From the NCBI GenBank assembly GCA_008632985.1, contig QPGO01000047.1, forward strand, positions 422,212 through 486,211: DNA of 64,000 bases, read 5' to 3'. Positions 50,122 through 62,400 of the stretch are shown piece by piece. The position numbers were made by a program, and so were the translations under genes. Each line of letters opens with the position of its first letter. Within the stretch, counting starts at the first letter, position 1. Under the pieces are notes generated by a model that searched no databases, was not told the DNA's origin, and saw only the letters and a list, made by a program, of their open reading frames with translations. The stretch is from Psammoneis japonica (taxonomy: Eukaryota).

Positions 50122-50778
50122 ATGAGAAACAAAACCGAACACATTCTTATTTCCTCCACGATCCATCATTATCCGTTCACACCACGTCGACGACGAAGCG
50201 ACGAGTCCCAACATCCTACTATGGCACCATTTGCACAGCTTTGTTACGACAAAAGCCAACGAGAGGTTGTTACTACCATTGCATATTCTTGCAACGAAGA
50301 CACAAGTCGAAAAGCGGCCGACAGAAAGAAGACGTCTGGTAGCGTCTCTACCGCTAACACAGTTCCAGTTGCTGTTCCGTCTCTCATGACAACATCATCA
50401 TCTTCGTCAAGTGAAAGCATGGATTCACTAAGCACACTGACAGAATGTTTCATTGACAAACATTTCAAGGGTTGGAAGCCTCCGGATCCGAATGCCCTGC
50501 CTTTTATCCTAGGCATGTCACCAATTGACGCAAGCAATTTGCCCGGGGAAACAGATTTATATCTCTTGACTGATTCGGGGGAAGCTCCCTCTCCGTCCTG
50601 TGCTTTTTCTACTCGGCACTATGAATGTGGCAGAGCTATCAGAAAACTTGTTGGTGGCAGCGCGAAATCGAATGGCGGTGTCGTCAAACGATCTTCACTT
50701 CGTCGACACATAAGCACGTCACGGCTGCTTCGTATAATTACGTCCATGGAAGGTGGATATCAGCGCATCGATGAGTGA
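50122..50778 (+). CDS. Hypothetical protein
   Basis: 218-aa Ser-rich ORF in a normal-composition domain, with no recognisable motif. Confidence 0.4.
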   Translation: MRNKTEHILISSTIHHYPFTPRRRRSDESQHPTMAPFAQLCYDKSQREVVTTIAYSCNEDTSRKAADRKKTSGSVSTANTVPVAVPSLMTTSSSSSSESMDSLSTLTECFIDKHFKGWKPPDPNALPFILGMSPIDASNLPGETDLYLLTDSGEAPSPSCAFSTRHYECGRAIRKLVGGSAKSNGGVVKRSSLRRHISTSRLLRIITSMEGGYQRIDE

Positions 50779-52837
50779 ACTGGACTTACCTTACATGCAC
50801 GGTACAGTATCGCCACACGGGCAGTATTACCATGCCATTTCTTCCTGATGAGTGCGTGAATCAATCGCAATGGCGCATATATTCTTGTGATTGCCATTCT
50901 AAATCTCTAGAGCTAGACACAACAAATAGCTAGATTGACCGCTAAATGTTAGTTTTGACTTGAGTTTCCGTCTCGGCGTCTGACGTTTTCCTGGTCGTAA
51001 TCTTCTCGCATCCAATCTCACAGGTTGGCAATTCCGGTCGCCAATTCCCAACTCCCTTTCCCGATTTGGTCTTAGACTGAGGACAGATCAACGTGGTCAA
51101 CGACCTTCTTCCACGTCGAACAACCGTAGACCTTTTCTTCCATCATTCGCCCTCTAGTAGCTACGGCAGCCTCGTGGACTGACCGACCTTTCTCGGTGGC
51201 TACACTATTCGTACTCTGCGGGAGCTTCAAATACATGGTCTGAAACTTTATCATTACCACATCAACACTCGTCCAGGTATATATAGGAACTTTTTGTCTC
51301 AACGAACACGGCGCACTTGGTAATGAAGTGTGGCATTCACCTTGTTAGACTTATCAAATTTTGCTTAAATGGTTGTCTACCATTGGTGGTCCATAAGGTG
51401 CTGGATACGTACAAAGAGCGGATCTGCTACTTGACGAGAAAGGCCCAAGCTATTGGAAAAATGTCATCCACAGCAGAGGAAATCAAATGCTCCAACTGCG
51501 ATTACTGTGACAGAGACTCAAAAAAGGCAAGTCTGTGTGCTACCGTAGGTGTAAATCGGCCGTGATTTGAAATGGGACTTTTCATCTGAAGACAAGAAAC
51601 GGCACAAACCAGTCTGTGAGCGATACGGAGAGGAGGCAGAGTCTTGATGTCGTTGTTTGCCAGGTTTTAGAGGCGGGGCCATGGGTTTCCGGCTTTAACG
51701 CCACTTCCAATCCTTTGAGAGACTTATTGTACGATGATTCCCGTTAACCTGAATGCCTTGCTCCTTGGCCATGTCATTGTGATAGATATCGAGGAAAGAA
51801 GCTTAATTTTCAGTCTCAGTACCTACTCTTCCCTGGAAGTTTGGATTACTTTGACACTTCTTTAGATGACGGTCTTTCTCAGCAATTTCTCAGTATGAAA
51901 CTGTCTTGTGACGAGACGCAGAGAAGTCATCCTTCATCGGAAACACAGAAGAAAAGGTATTCGGCGTTACCTGAAGGAACGTTTCTGCCGAGGCTCAAAT
52001 AAGTTTCGGTTCTGAAATCTTGCCAATCTTCTCCGAGTAGAAGTACTCTCCCAGTCGTCCCAGCGTGGTTTAATGATCGAACACGCCATCCTAAATTCGT
52101 CGTTGTTCGTCTCGGTTGTCTCATGGCTAGTTCAATATGACGTGCATTTGATGGCCTCCTGTTATAGTCGAATGGTGATCCAATTCTTTATCTGGCGGGT
52201 ACAGCCAAGCCCGTCATGACTGTAGGAGTCGTCAAACCACTGGTTGCTGAGAATTGTACTTCTTGTGTCAAACTGATCTTCTTGTTCGGGTCCGCAATCA
52301 CTTGTTCCGAGCCCCATCAGATGCTGGTGGGCTAATCAAACGCCTCGACTTTGTCGCGCCTTCACAACAACTGTTCTTCCCGATCTTCCAGAGACTAGGA
52401 AACAGCTTGATTCGGATTCAAGAAGTAAGGTACTTCTATTATGAGCATCAGCATTCAACGGCGGCAGCAAACGCCATGACGACTGCCATGCGATGCGATG
52501 TGCGGTCAGATTCAAGATGCGGTGTGCGTGAGAGGGGGTCGGTCCTCGAACTCTCCATCGTTTTGCTTTGAATTTTTTTGGACACCTGTGGACAAAATGG
52601 ACACGGCGTAGAACAGGGTGTAATTGAGTACTTGGTGCTCCGTGGACAAGCGTAACAAGGTGTAAAAAGGCGTAACAAGTGCATCACGAACGTTGGGGAG
52701 TTATAGTCGCGCGAAAATCCGCGCACAACAGGGTCTGAGCCGAATTCGAACCGCAGCGCCCGCTTATTCAGAGATGATGTTGCATCGTTGAGCCATGCGA
52801 TATGCGATATGCGATGGCACACAACAATGATAGCCTC

Positions 52838-53110
52838 AACAAAATGCAACAAAGTAGTGTCACAGCAGCGACCGTAGTCATAGGGGGCAGTTCTCTGGTG
52901 CTAGGAAGGACTTATCATCGTTCGATGAGCCACCATACCGCGCGAGAGGACGGAGGCGACAGCTCGTTGGATACGCGGTGCAGTAGCTCGAATGACGACT
53001 TATTTTAAGCAGTGAGGTTGTTGCGGAGAGGAATGTCTCCTGTCTCGACGATAACGTGGTTTCACGGGGATCACGAAAAGGAAGTGTACCTGTTCTACTC
53101 TGTGGAAGTC
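52838..53110 (+). repeat. Paralogous empty site of the copia insertion
   Basis: Matches the left flank 37326-37448 joined to the right flank 44809-~45035, with a single GACGG at 52949-52953. Confidence 0.9.
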
Positions 53111-55987
53111 AGAACTCAATCAATCGATGCTTTGTTTAGCCATATTGCACCCATTGAATCGATTAATAGAAAAAACGCCTTGAAAAGGTTCAGGACGTGC
53201 TGGGCAGTGATCCACTCTATGACGACAATGAAAGCAGTGCCGAATTTGCCAAACAACCGACACAGCACTCCAGTCTTTTTCTCGCCCAAATTGAATCAAG
53301 AGGGACCATCCTTTCGAAAGGAAGTATGGCTCGAGTATACACCCAAACCACCACCATCCTCCACGCGTTCGAGCCGTGAGTCCATGAGCAGCTCATGGCA
53401 TCTACCTACGGTACATCGCAAGCCTACTTGTACTAGCTAGCTTTCTTGTGGTGCAAAACACTCCTTCTCTCCAAGTGGAAAGCATCGAACAAGCTGTTCG
53501 AATTCGAGATGTGTTATAAACGCCCATCCCGGCACCAAAACTCATACGGCTTCGTCAAGCGAGTGCGAGTGAAGAATCTATTTATCAGGGAATCACCCGT
53601 GGAGATTGTACGTTGGCATTAACGGCAGTCGGTAGCTGAGAAGGATACAGGAGAAACAGCGAAGTGAACGGGGAATGCCGACTCTCTTGGGTTGGCAGAG
53701 TGTTTCGATTCATCCAGAGTGTTTCGATTCATCCAAGCTGGTCTTGCAACCTTTTCTGACTATGGAACTCTCTGTACCTCTCTCATTCTTGCATCTTCTC
53801 AAAATGCATGAAGAAAGGTTTTGTTTGCACTGAGTATAAGAAAGCTATCAAAGGCACTGCGGATATCAACTGCGACACGACGGCTAGTGGTACCGACGGT
53901 TCCGGAGGGAGCGACTCAAACACAAGGCTATCCCTCACGGACATTGGAGGCTTGTTCATTTTCTTTTATGGTTTAACAGATTTTACCGTCTGCAGTCTGC
54001 ATGGTCCTGTTTCAGAAATGGAATCATAAACGAAAGCTTAAACAAAACATCGATCAGCAACACCACAAGACTGGCATGGTGGTAGTGAGTCTGCCGACGA
54101 GCCTTTAAATTCCGCAAGAGCGCAACCGAAAGAGATTCGCTGGCAACTTTATGACCAAATAATGGCGACAAATAGAAGGATGGAACAGCAAATGAGCGAT
54201 ATGCTCCTTATGCTTGATAGCGGCGGATATGAAACGGAAGCATCCCCGGACTACTGTACCATTGAGCATAAATACACGGCAAAAGAAGACCTCGTCATCT
54301 ACAACACGACACGAAGTAAAACTACCGACTGCCATGTTCAAGGGTATCGAAGGGCCATGTTATGTTCTCTTTGGGAATCCATCAACCAGTGCAGGGCATG
54401 CGCGGGACTCGTACCTTCTGCGATTGCTGAGATGCTGCGTTGCCCCCTTTGTTCGTGGCCTACAGCATTATTGTCCACACGGGTGGACCCAGTGTCGGAG
54501 GTGATGGACGGAGTCTCCTCGGTTGACGCCATTCTATGAAATACTTTTAGGCACAGAATTTACATTGGTTCTAAAACTATTTGGAATTATGCAGAGACTC
54601 TCAAGGTGAAAGCGGCGCCACCGAGTCTTTTGATGTACAAAAGAGAGTAATAGACGATTGGAATACACCTTTTCTGTTCCATTTCTGGCTTGTGCCTTGT
54701 GCCGTGTTCTGCTTATTGTCTGAAGAGCTTTTGAGTCTTTTTGAGAGACAGTGACGCTTTCGCCTAGACAGTTTCAGCCCGTCTTTGCTTCGGTCATATA
54801 GTGGCCGCATCCGTTCTTCGCATATGAAGAGGCAATGTAGAGTAGTAAGCTCAAGTAAAATTGTCGTCGTTCCAGTGAGTTTCCGAGTCAAAAAGGTTCA
54901 TTCCTTTATTGAGATACCTTTTTCATATTGTATCCAACAGTTGCTGGTTATGCTCCTTCAGTAGTCGCTCATTGGAAGTTATGTTTGAACGTCAGGTACT
55001 GCGTCCTTCCGTGATTTATATCCAAACCTTCAAACGACAAAGCAAATCTATGATTGAGTGCTTTACAGGAAGAGGGGTGGGGTTGGGAAGATTCGAGGTT
55101 TGGGGGCAACGTAAAATGCTTTTTCTCTTCCTGTATGTCTTCAAGCTCGTTTGCAATGACCGACGTCATGTAGACCAAATCTTGCCAGAGCAATAAATGA
55201 AGTATTTGCAATTCATCCTCTGTTGAAAACAACTTTGCAGCAATCGCCTTGCTTGCCAAGCCATCATCTTTAAGAAGGGTGCAAGCATCAAATGTTTGTT
55301 GATGCGTCCAAGGTTGTTGGTATACTGTCGAAGAGAAAATCGTGCATCGAATTCTACTGCCGCTCCATATGTCAGGAGATCTTGTTCAAATCGCCGCGTA
55401 CTTAGAAAGGCACTCCGTCTTTGCTCGTCACGCTATCGTTGGACCATCAAGAGAACAGGCATGATGATCAGAAAGCGTGGGTTGGTCCGTGAAACGTTCC
55501 GTTGACACATCGGTCAAAGAGCCAAAGGAAGAAACTCGAGGAAGTATGCAACCCTCTGATCTCGTCTTTCATAACTGTGCTTCGTATATTCTGGTGATTC
55601 TACCATGCAAATAAAGGGAAAGGCTAATTCTTGGCGCTCCAATGAAATGAGCAACAAAATCAGCCTGGCATGCATGTCTTGCTCTTACTCATCGATAGAG
55701 AAAGCCGCTTTTTCCACCGGCGACAGTGGTTTTGTGGCCAGAGCGAATCATTTCAAGACACAATGTCTGCTTTGCGTTTTGCGTCATCGCGACATTGCCC
55801 CCAACGCTTTCGGGGTGCAACCACCATCATGACTACAACGTTTTGGTCGAGATGCAAAAGAACAAAAATCATGCGATATCTCGGATTTTCATTGCGTTCA
55901 CAACACATTGGCGCGCAAATCTTCGAACTTCAATGGACAGATGGGCGAACCTCATTTTTTCGGAAGGAAGCGGCGCCGCGGAAGCAG

Positions 55988-56490
55988 CCAACTTTCGCAA
56001 CTCGGGACTGAGAGAGATGCGATCGAATCGTGCGAAACTTGGTCCGTCCATTGATGCGTGAAGAAAATGAGCACTGGTGCTGCGCAAAATGAGCACTGGT
56101 GCTGCGCGCAAAATGAGCACTGGTGCTGCGCGCAGCACCACTGCCTCATCCAACTTTCGCAACTCGGGACTGCGAGAGATGCGAATCGTTCGAAACTTGG
56201 TCCGTCCATTGATGCGTGAAGAAACTGAGCACTGGTGACTGCGCAAAATGAGCACTGGTGCTGCGCGCAAAATGAGCACTGGTGCTGCGCTCGCGCTGCG
56301 CAGCACGCAGTGCTCATGCCCAACTTTCGCAACTCGGGACTGCGAGAGATGCGAATCGTGCGAAACTTGGTCCGTCCATTGATGCGTGAAGAAAATGAGC
56401 ACTGGTGCTGCGCAAAATGAGCACTGGTGCTGTGCAAAATGAGCACTGGTGCTGTGCGCAAAATGAGCGCTGGTGCTGCGCTGCGCAGCA
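55988..56490. repeat. Nested tandem array: 3 units of ~160-170 bp, each containing 20-22-bp AAAATGAGCACTGGTGCTGCGC subrepeats
   Basis: Units begin CCAACTTTCGCAACTCGGGACTG at ~55988, 56150 and 56320. Confidence 0.93.
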
Positions 56491-56722
56491 CCAGGGAGTC
56501 GCCTCAAATCTGTTGAAACTCGAACAATGAACATCACACCAGTGAATGAACAAACGCACCAATGACAACATGCATCACATGCGTGTTCAAAATGTGCATG
56601 GACGCCAATTGGGCTGATGCTCAACATGCGTGCACAAATGACATGTGGAGATTCTGTTTGTGTGTCTGCACACGCAATCTTGATTGTTGATTAAAAAGAG
56701 TCATTTTCACTGAAAATTGGCG

Positions 56723-57079
56723 GACGCATTCCAGGTCTAGGTGGGACCTCGCACCACTGAACTGTGACATCGACAGTTTTTTGAGTCTCGTCGTATGTCG
56801 CACACACAGATTTCTGCGTGATTTTTTCGACATTTTGTGTCATTTTACGGTGCACTTGTTGAGCGATCCGTCCAACAACTTTTGACATTTTTTGTCACAG
56901 CGCGATTCTACAATGTCTTAAGAATTGCGTGAGAGGCACAATTGTGCCACAAACTTGGCCGTTTGTTTGATGTTGAAGACAAATGTGTCCATCAATTAAA
57001 TTCTCGCACTGCGGAGCTCGCACGTGGAATTCAATGGGCCCAATGTCACACGGAGTCCCACCTGGGGCTGGAACGCATC
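56723..57079. mobile_element. MITE-like element X (TIR GACGCATTCCAG...CTGGAACGCATC), 4-bp TSD GGCG, partly TpA-mutated
   Basis: GGCG at 56719-56722 and 57080-57083. Inverted homologue of 57923-58318. Confidence 0.8.
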
Positions 57080-57922
57080 GGCGATGGTTTAAACAAAACC
57101 AAGTTTCAACAAAAAAAAACTGTTGAAACTTGTTCAGACAAATGGCAAAAGCCATGCTCTGAAGCATGTGGCTGCGTCAATGTGAGAATGAGCATTGCCA
57201 TGGTCCGGGCAACCCACCGTTGCCTCAGGGGATCCCGCGTTCCCGCCTCTCAAATCAGCTCCAGACAACCTCAGTGGGAAAACGGTGCTGGTCTGTCCCC
57301 ACACAGGCACTGAAGGACCCCATCCAACTGACCCACACCCATCCAGACAGCACACCAACTGACCATCCACCTGCAACATTGACATCGTGCCTGGAAGTTG
57401 ACAAAAACCCACCACCACACCAAAAAACTGTGCCACAATTAATTCAAGTGTCGCGTGCACAGCCTGCAATCTTGTGCGCAACAACTGCCCCTCACTTGCA
57501 CGACTGCATTGACCATGCAATGCCCAACAAAAAGTTGTTGAAACTTTGAGTTTCAACAGTCGTTGTTGAAACCATCTGACGTCACCAGTTGCCACGATGT
57601 CATCCCCACAATGTCTGAATTCAGATGAATTGACAGGAGGCAGAAAATGCCAAAGACGCTGTTGCAATGGGTGCCACAAGGACTGCCAAAGCTTGGCATG
57701 TCAGGACCAGCAGCAGAAGCCAAGAGCCGGGCTCAGTCTCTTTAAGAGGCTTTAAATGCCCACATCAAGAACTTTGCTTGTCTCTCAGGGACGTTTTGCC
57801 ATGGCGTCACTGCCATTGCTTCAAGGCGGTTTGTGTCATCGTGCAGTGTTGAGTGTCAGCTTGAATTTGGCTTGCCGCGCGCTGCAGCAGTTTTTGATGC
57901 AGCTGCTGGTGCATGACGTCAT

Positions 57923-58318
57923 GACGCATTCCAGACGTAGGTGGGAATCCGTGTGACATTGGGCCCGTAGACTTCTACGTGCGAGCTCCGTAGTAAAATT
58001 ATATGGTAATTAAAATGTCAATGATCGCCAACAGAAAATGAGGCAATTTTGCGAACGCACAAACTCGCCCATGATTGAAGTGCATCATTTTTTACTTAGC
58101 CAGTTACATTCTTCAGACATTGAAGAATGTAACTGGCGCATCGTTGTTTCTATAAATTCGTTATATAAAACGTCTGGGGCTTCGCAAAACAGCGAGTCTG
58201 GACAATTTTTTTTAAATGTCACACGTAGAAATCTACGTGCGAAACATACGATGGATGATAAAAATTATTTGTGTCACACGTCAGCACTACGAGCTCCCAC
58301 CTAGGGCTGGAACGCGTC
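57923..58318. mobile_element. MITE-like element Y of the same family, 4-bp TSD TCAT, TA-rich
   Basis: GACGCATTCCAG...CTGGAACGCGTC with TCAT at 57919-57922 and 58319-58322. The interior keeps many TA. Confidence 0.82.
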
Positions 58319-58337
58319 TCATGCAATGTAGAGTCCG

Positions 58338-58492
58338 AAAGTTTCAAGTTTCAACAGTTTGTGTGAATTTTTGTTGAAAGCATTTTTGTTGAAACTTGGA
58401 AGTTTCAACAAAAAACTGTTGAAACTTTGAAGTTTCAACAACTTGAAAAAAGTTTCAACAGTTTTTTGGTTGAAACTTCCAAGTTTCAACAG
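58338..58492. repeat. Cluster of inverted GTTGAAACTT/AAGTTTCAAC motifs
   Basis: About ten copies in alternating orientation, with further copies at ~56510, 57100-57131 and 57536-57571. Confidence 0.85.
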
Positions 58493-58830
58493 ATTTTTGA
58501 CTTCCGTTGAGTTTCTTTCATCTTGCACATTTGTGCCTGCATAGATGCAAAACACAAAAGGCAATGAGCAATTTCACAATGGATCGACAACGGACACCAC
58601 ACGATTAGAAATGTCTCTCCTGCTTGGCCATTTTGTGCAAGATCTAGCACCGCATGCGAGCGTGCGAGCGACTTCCGCCGACGCACTTTCAACAGATTTG
58701 AGGCAACTCCCAGTGCTCAGTCAGCACACATCACACATCATTAAAGTCACGATCACATCATCACTGTTCAACACGGCTCGGAGCCACCAAGACACAGTGT
58801 GGCACTGCTGAGTGAGGTGCAAAACACTGA

Positions 58831-59799
58831 GTGTGGCCAGCATTGCTGTCACCAATCCATGCGCCAAGAAAAAGTCTTCTGCGTCCACCGGCAAGTGCCG
58901 CAAGCACTGCAGCGGACATTCTTGCAAGGGCCGATGGAACACAGCTTTCCCAATGGTCGGCGATCAAACTTTTTGAGTGGCATGAAAAAGAAAATGATGA
59001 GTCTTTCTTTGATGAATTGGATGCTCTGGATGACAAGGAAGCAAAAGGCAAGGCCATCATGAAGAGCTTGATCGGCCTGTCTCAGTGGATGAAAAATGCG
59101 CCCATTCTGCAACAAAATGATGCTGGGAAAGTCATGGGTGAGCGATCCACAAAACAACATTTTTCAAGCATCAAAGAGACAATGAAGAACAAAACTCCAA
59201 CACTGGAAATGTGGGACAACCACGAGGAAAATTGGTGCACCAACCTGCGAGACAGCCTGGGTCAACAAAATTTGGATTCGGCAGCCACAAGCAAAGGGAT
59301 TGCCATGAAGGAGCTCATTGTTCAACCAGTTGACAAAAACAAGCTGTTTGCTGGGCGCAAGCTGTGTGATGCCATGCCTGATTCAGCGCCTCGGAAAGAC
59401 ATGCATTTCTGTTGGGGGGCCATGGAGCTTGTGGAATCTGTTCTCACTGATGAGCAAAGACTGTTGCACAAGATAAAGCGCTCTGAACGGCAGGCAATTG
59501 AAGATTTTGACAGCATCCTGGCCGCAGTTGCGCACAAAATGGAGCACGCAGCATTTGCCAAAATGGGTGAACTCAACAAAAAGACAATCTCCAGCCTGCG
59601 GAAGACAATGACTGGTGTCAGTGGCAGGTGCAACAAGCATGGTGAAGCCAACGGGTGCATCCGCCACAAAGGCAGGAAGAGGAGTCCTGCGGAGATGTCA
59701 ACAGAGGGAGGAACAGGTGTCTTGACTTCGTTCTTCTCAAGAATGAAGAACGCAGCATCACCAGCGCGAGCAAAGAAACACCGCACAAGTGCTGAATGA
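58831..59799 (+). pseudogene. TpA-mutated remnant of a real coding sequence, probably transposon-derived (possibly Crypton-like)
   Basis: Protein-like, Lys/Glu-rich 322-aa frame with no Tyr (STKQHFSSIK, WDNHEENWCTNLR). The family assignment is only a resemblance and no catalytic motif is visible. Confidence 0.4.
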
Positions 59800-59878
59800 T
59801 GGTGAATTGTTGTGCATTGAATGGTGCATTGTGCAGATGTGCTTTGGGTGCAGCAGGTTTTGTTCTTTTAATTGTGGG

Positions 59879-60240
59879 AACTCTCGTGCATCCCTCACCA
59901 CCACAACCCTTGAGAGAACAAAGCAACAGAAGAAAAACCGCACAAGCAACAAATGACAAATGCCACACAGTCATTGTTCTGATTGTGTGTCAACTCTTGT
60001 GCATCCCCTCTCATTGCAGTGCTTCCAGTCACTGTCATTTTAATTCTGCTGCTGTGCAAACTCTTGTGTGCCCCCCCCCNNNNNNNCCCCCCCCTCTCCA
60101 CCACAATCCTCATTGAACAAAGAAAGGGAAGAAATGTGACACAAGCACTGAATGACACATCACACAGAGGCACACAACAGCAATTGCTGTTCTTTTGCTG
60201 ATTCTGCACAAACTCTTGTGCACCCCTCTCCACCACAATC
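59879..60240. repeat. Degenerate short repeats (AACTCTTGTGCA(T/C)CCCTCTCCACCACAA) spanning a 7-N assembly gap at 60080-60086
   Basis: Copies at ~59879, 59992, 60059 and 60211. Confidence 0.7.
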
Positions 60241-61099
60241 ATCATCAAACCTGAGCTTCACAACTTGGCAATCATCATCATGCACAAGCTTGTTGAGTGA
60301 ATCAAGTGGAAACTTGCAAAGGTTGTCAATGTCTGCAACTCTAAAAATGTTTCCTCTGCCTTGTTTTGGTGGAGGAAACAAAACAGATGCAGTCACCGAT
60401 GGACTTGCATTGGCACAAAAGCAGGGCAGAGACACTTGGTGGGCAGCACAAAGGTTGCACATGAGTTTGGCAAACTCTGCCTGCAGCTTTTTTGATGGGT
60501 GGCACCTGGTCACATTCCAACCAGACCTGTCACATTGCTGCAAACGCAGCCTGCCACGGATGCAGAAGCTTGCACTGTTCTGGCCAGCCGTGAATGGATC
60601 AGATGCTTCAGAAGAAAAAACTGGTTTCTTTTTTTTCTTCTGCAATGACCACTGCTTTTTCTTCCCAGTGGGTCTTGAAACTGAGGCAATGGCAAGAACC
60701 AAAGGATCATTGCTGCTTTCAGCCACAATGACACTTGATGACAATGATGGCAATGAACACAAATCAACCACCTCGTCAACTTTCTACAACATGGCACTCA
60801 TCCCACAACATGTCACAGTGATGCGTTTGACCTTGGAGCAACCTTGTCATTGGTCAACACACTGCAGCCACATCTTGCATTGATGAACATGTGCCATCTG
60901 TTTGATGAAGTTGTCAACTTGATGAAGGTGTCAGCATTGGTGAGGCATTGCTGCTCACCACTCATTTTTGTGAAAAGTTCATGGTCAAGTTGAAGATTCC
61001 TTTGGATGCAAGGCCAAACTCTTGCAAGTTTCTTAGATTCAAACTTGAATGTGAGAGCATGTTGCTGCCGCTGGAGGCATCAGGAATCTGGGAAGGTGC

Positions 61100-62400
61100 A
61101 GCATGAGGCATTGTGGTGCTGGGTGCTGCTGGCGCCACTTCTTGCAAACAAAAATGGAGTCTCTTCATTCTCTTGGCTGTTTCATCCCTTTTGATGAGCT
61201 CCAGGATGCAGAGTTGCATCATCCCAGCCATCAGAATTGTGCGGTTGATCTGCATCTCCAGGAGACATTGCTTGGAGCAATCTGAACTTGTTCTTTGTAA
61301 AATGTCAAGGCCTCTTTTTCTTCTTGATGAAGTCTGTGAGAAGAGTGCCAGGATTCACTCACCTTCTTTGAACTGCAAAGCAATCCATGTCTTGCAATCT
61401 TGCCAAAAGTTGGCAGCATTGTCTTTTGTGCCATGCTTTTCTGAGTTGGACATCTGCAGTGAATTCTTCATGAGCAATTCTTCCACAACTGTGAGCCCAA
61501 TCTGCACCATTTCCCATGTCTTCCACAGCCTGTCTGAAAGAACACAAGAGCTCTGGAAGGCACTCATTGGGAATGCAACGGCAATGGATCGTCCATGGTC
61601 CATGGTGCAGAGCAGCAGCATGTTGCTGCTTGCCAACACAATCACAGAAGAATCTGCAGAATTTGGCATTTGACAATGTTGTGTGGGCAACAGACAATCA
61701 TCAAGAGTTGGAGGAGTTGTCTTCTCATGGCTTGTGATGTGGAGCTCCAGCTGATGCAATCTGCAGCCACAACTGCACTCAATGCATCTTGCCCAGGGAG
61801 TGCATGAGAGCTGCACAATTTCTGCGGTCCGATCCATTCTTTGGGCACAATGCAATGCCCTCACATTTCCACAGCAAAGCGTGAACCAATGACTCTGTGA
61901 CCAAGACTCCAGAAGAAAATTTTGCATGGAAATTGACAGGTTCTCCTGTTGTTCCCAAAGACCAGATTGCACTGCAGAAATCATGTGGCTCCAGTGCATG
62001 CACCAGGCACAGTTGCAAAATTTCACCACTGTGCCTGCTGGCATTTTTGCTGTGTTTTCAGGTCATTGTGTCACTTGCTTGAACTCAGCATGTGATTTGA
62101 TGACAATCGCTGTCATTGGTGCAGCGGCATTTGCCTTTGCAAAAGTGTGACATTTTCAACAGAGAAATTTTGCTCAACCAAATTGGTGATTTTTCATCTT
62201 GTCATCATCTGTCTGCACCACCCAAAAACAAAGGAAAACAGACAATGGCTGTTTTGAAGACAAGGGCAATGATGGAGCATGTGCTTTGCAAAGCCCACGT
62301 CATTGTGTGTCCCATTTCTGTCACAAAGAAGTTGCACAGTGGCTCAATGTGAAGTTGAGTCATGTGATCTCAAGGCTTGAGAACAAAGCATTGTCAACAT
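61100..62400 (-). mobile_element. Possible Mutator/MULE-like transposase remnant, heavily decayed
   Basis: Fragments VVQTDD, CNCAW and a SWIM-like CIECSCG occur in a plausible order. The evidence is weak. Confidence 0.3.

Noticed and set aside
53808..54029. LSLTDIGGLFIFF resembles the last TM region of a glutamate-receptor-like channel
   Set aside because: Too short and isolated to support a call.
55988..56490. CRISPR-like appearance of short repeats
   Set aside because: There are no unique spacers and no cas genes, and the context is eukaryotic. This is a nested tandem repeat.
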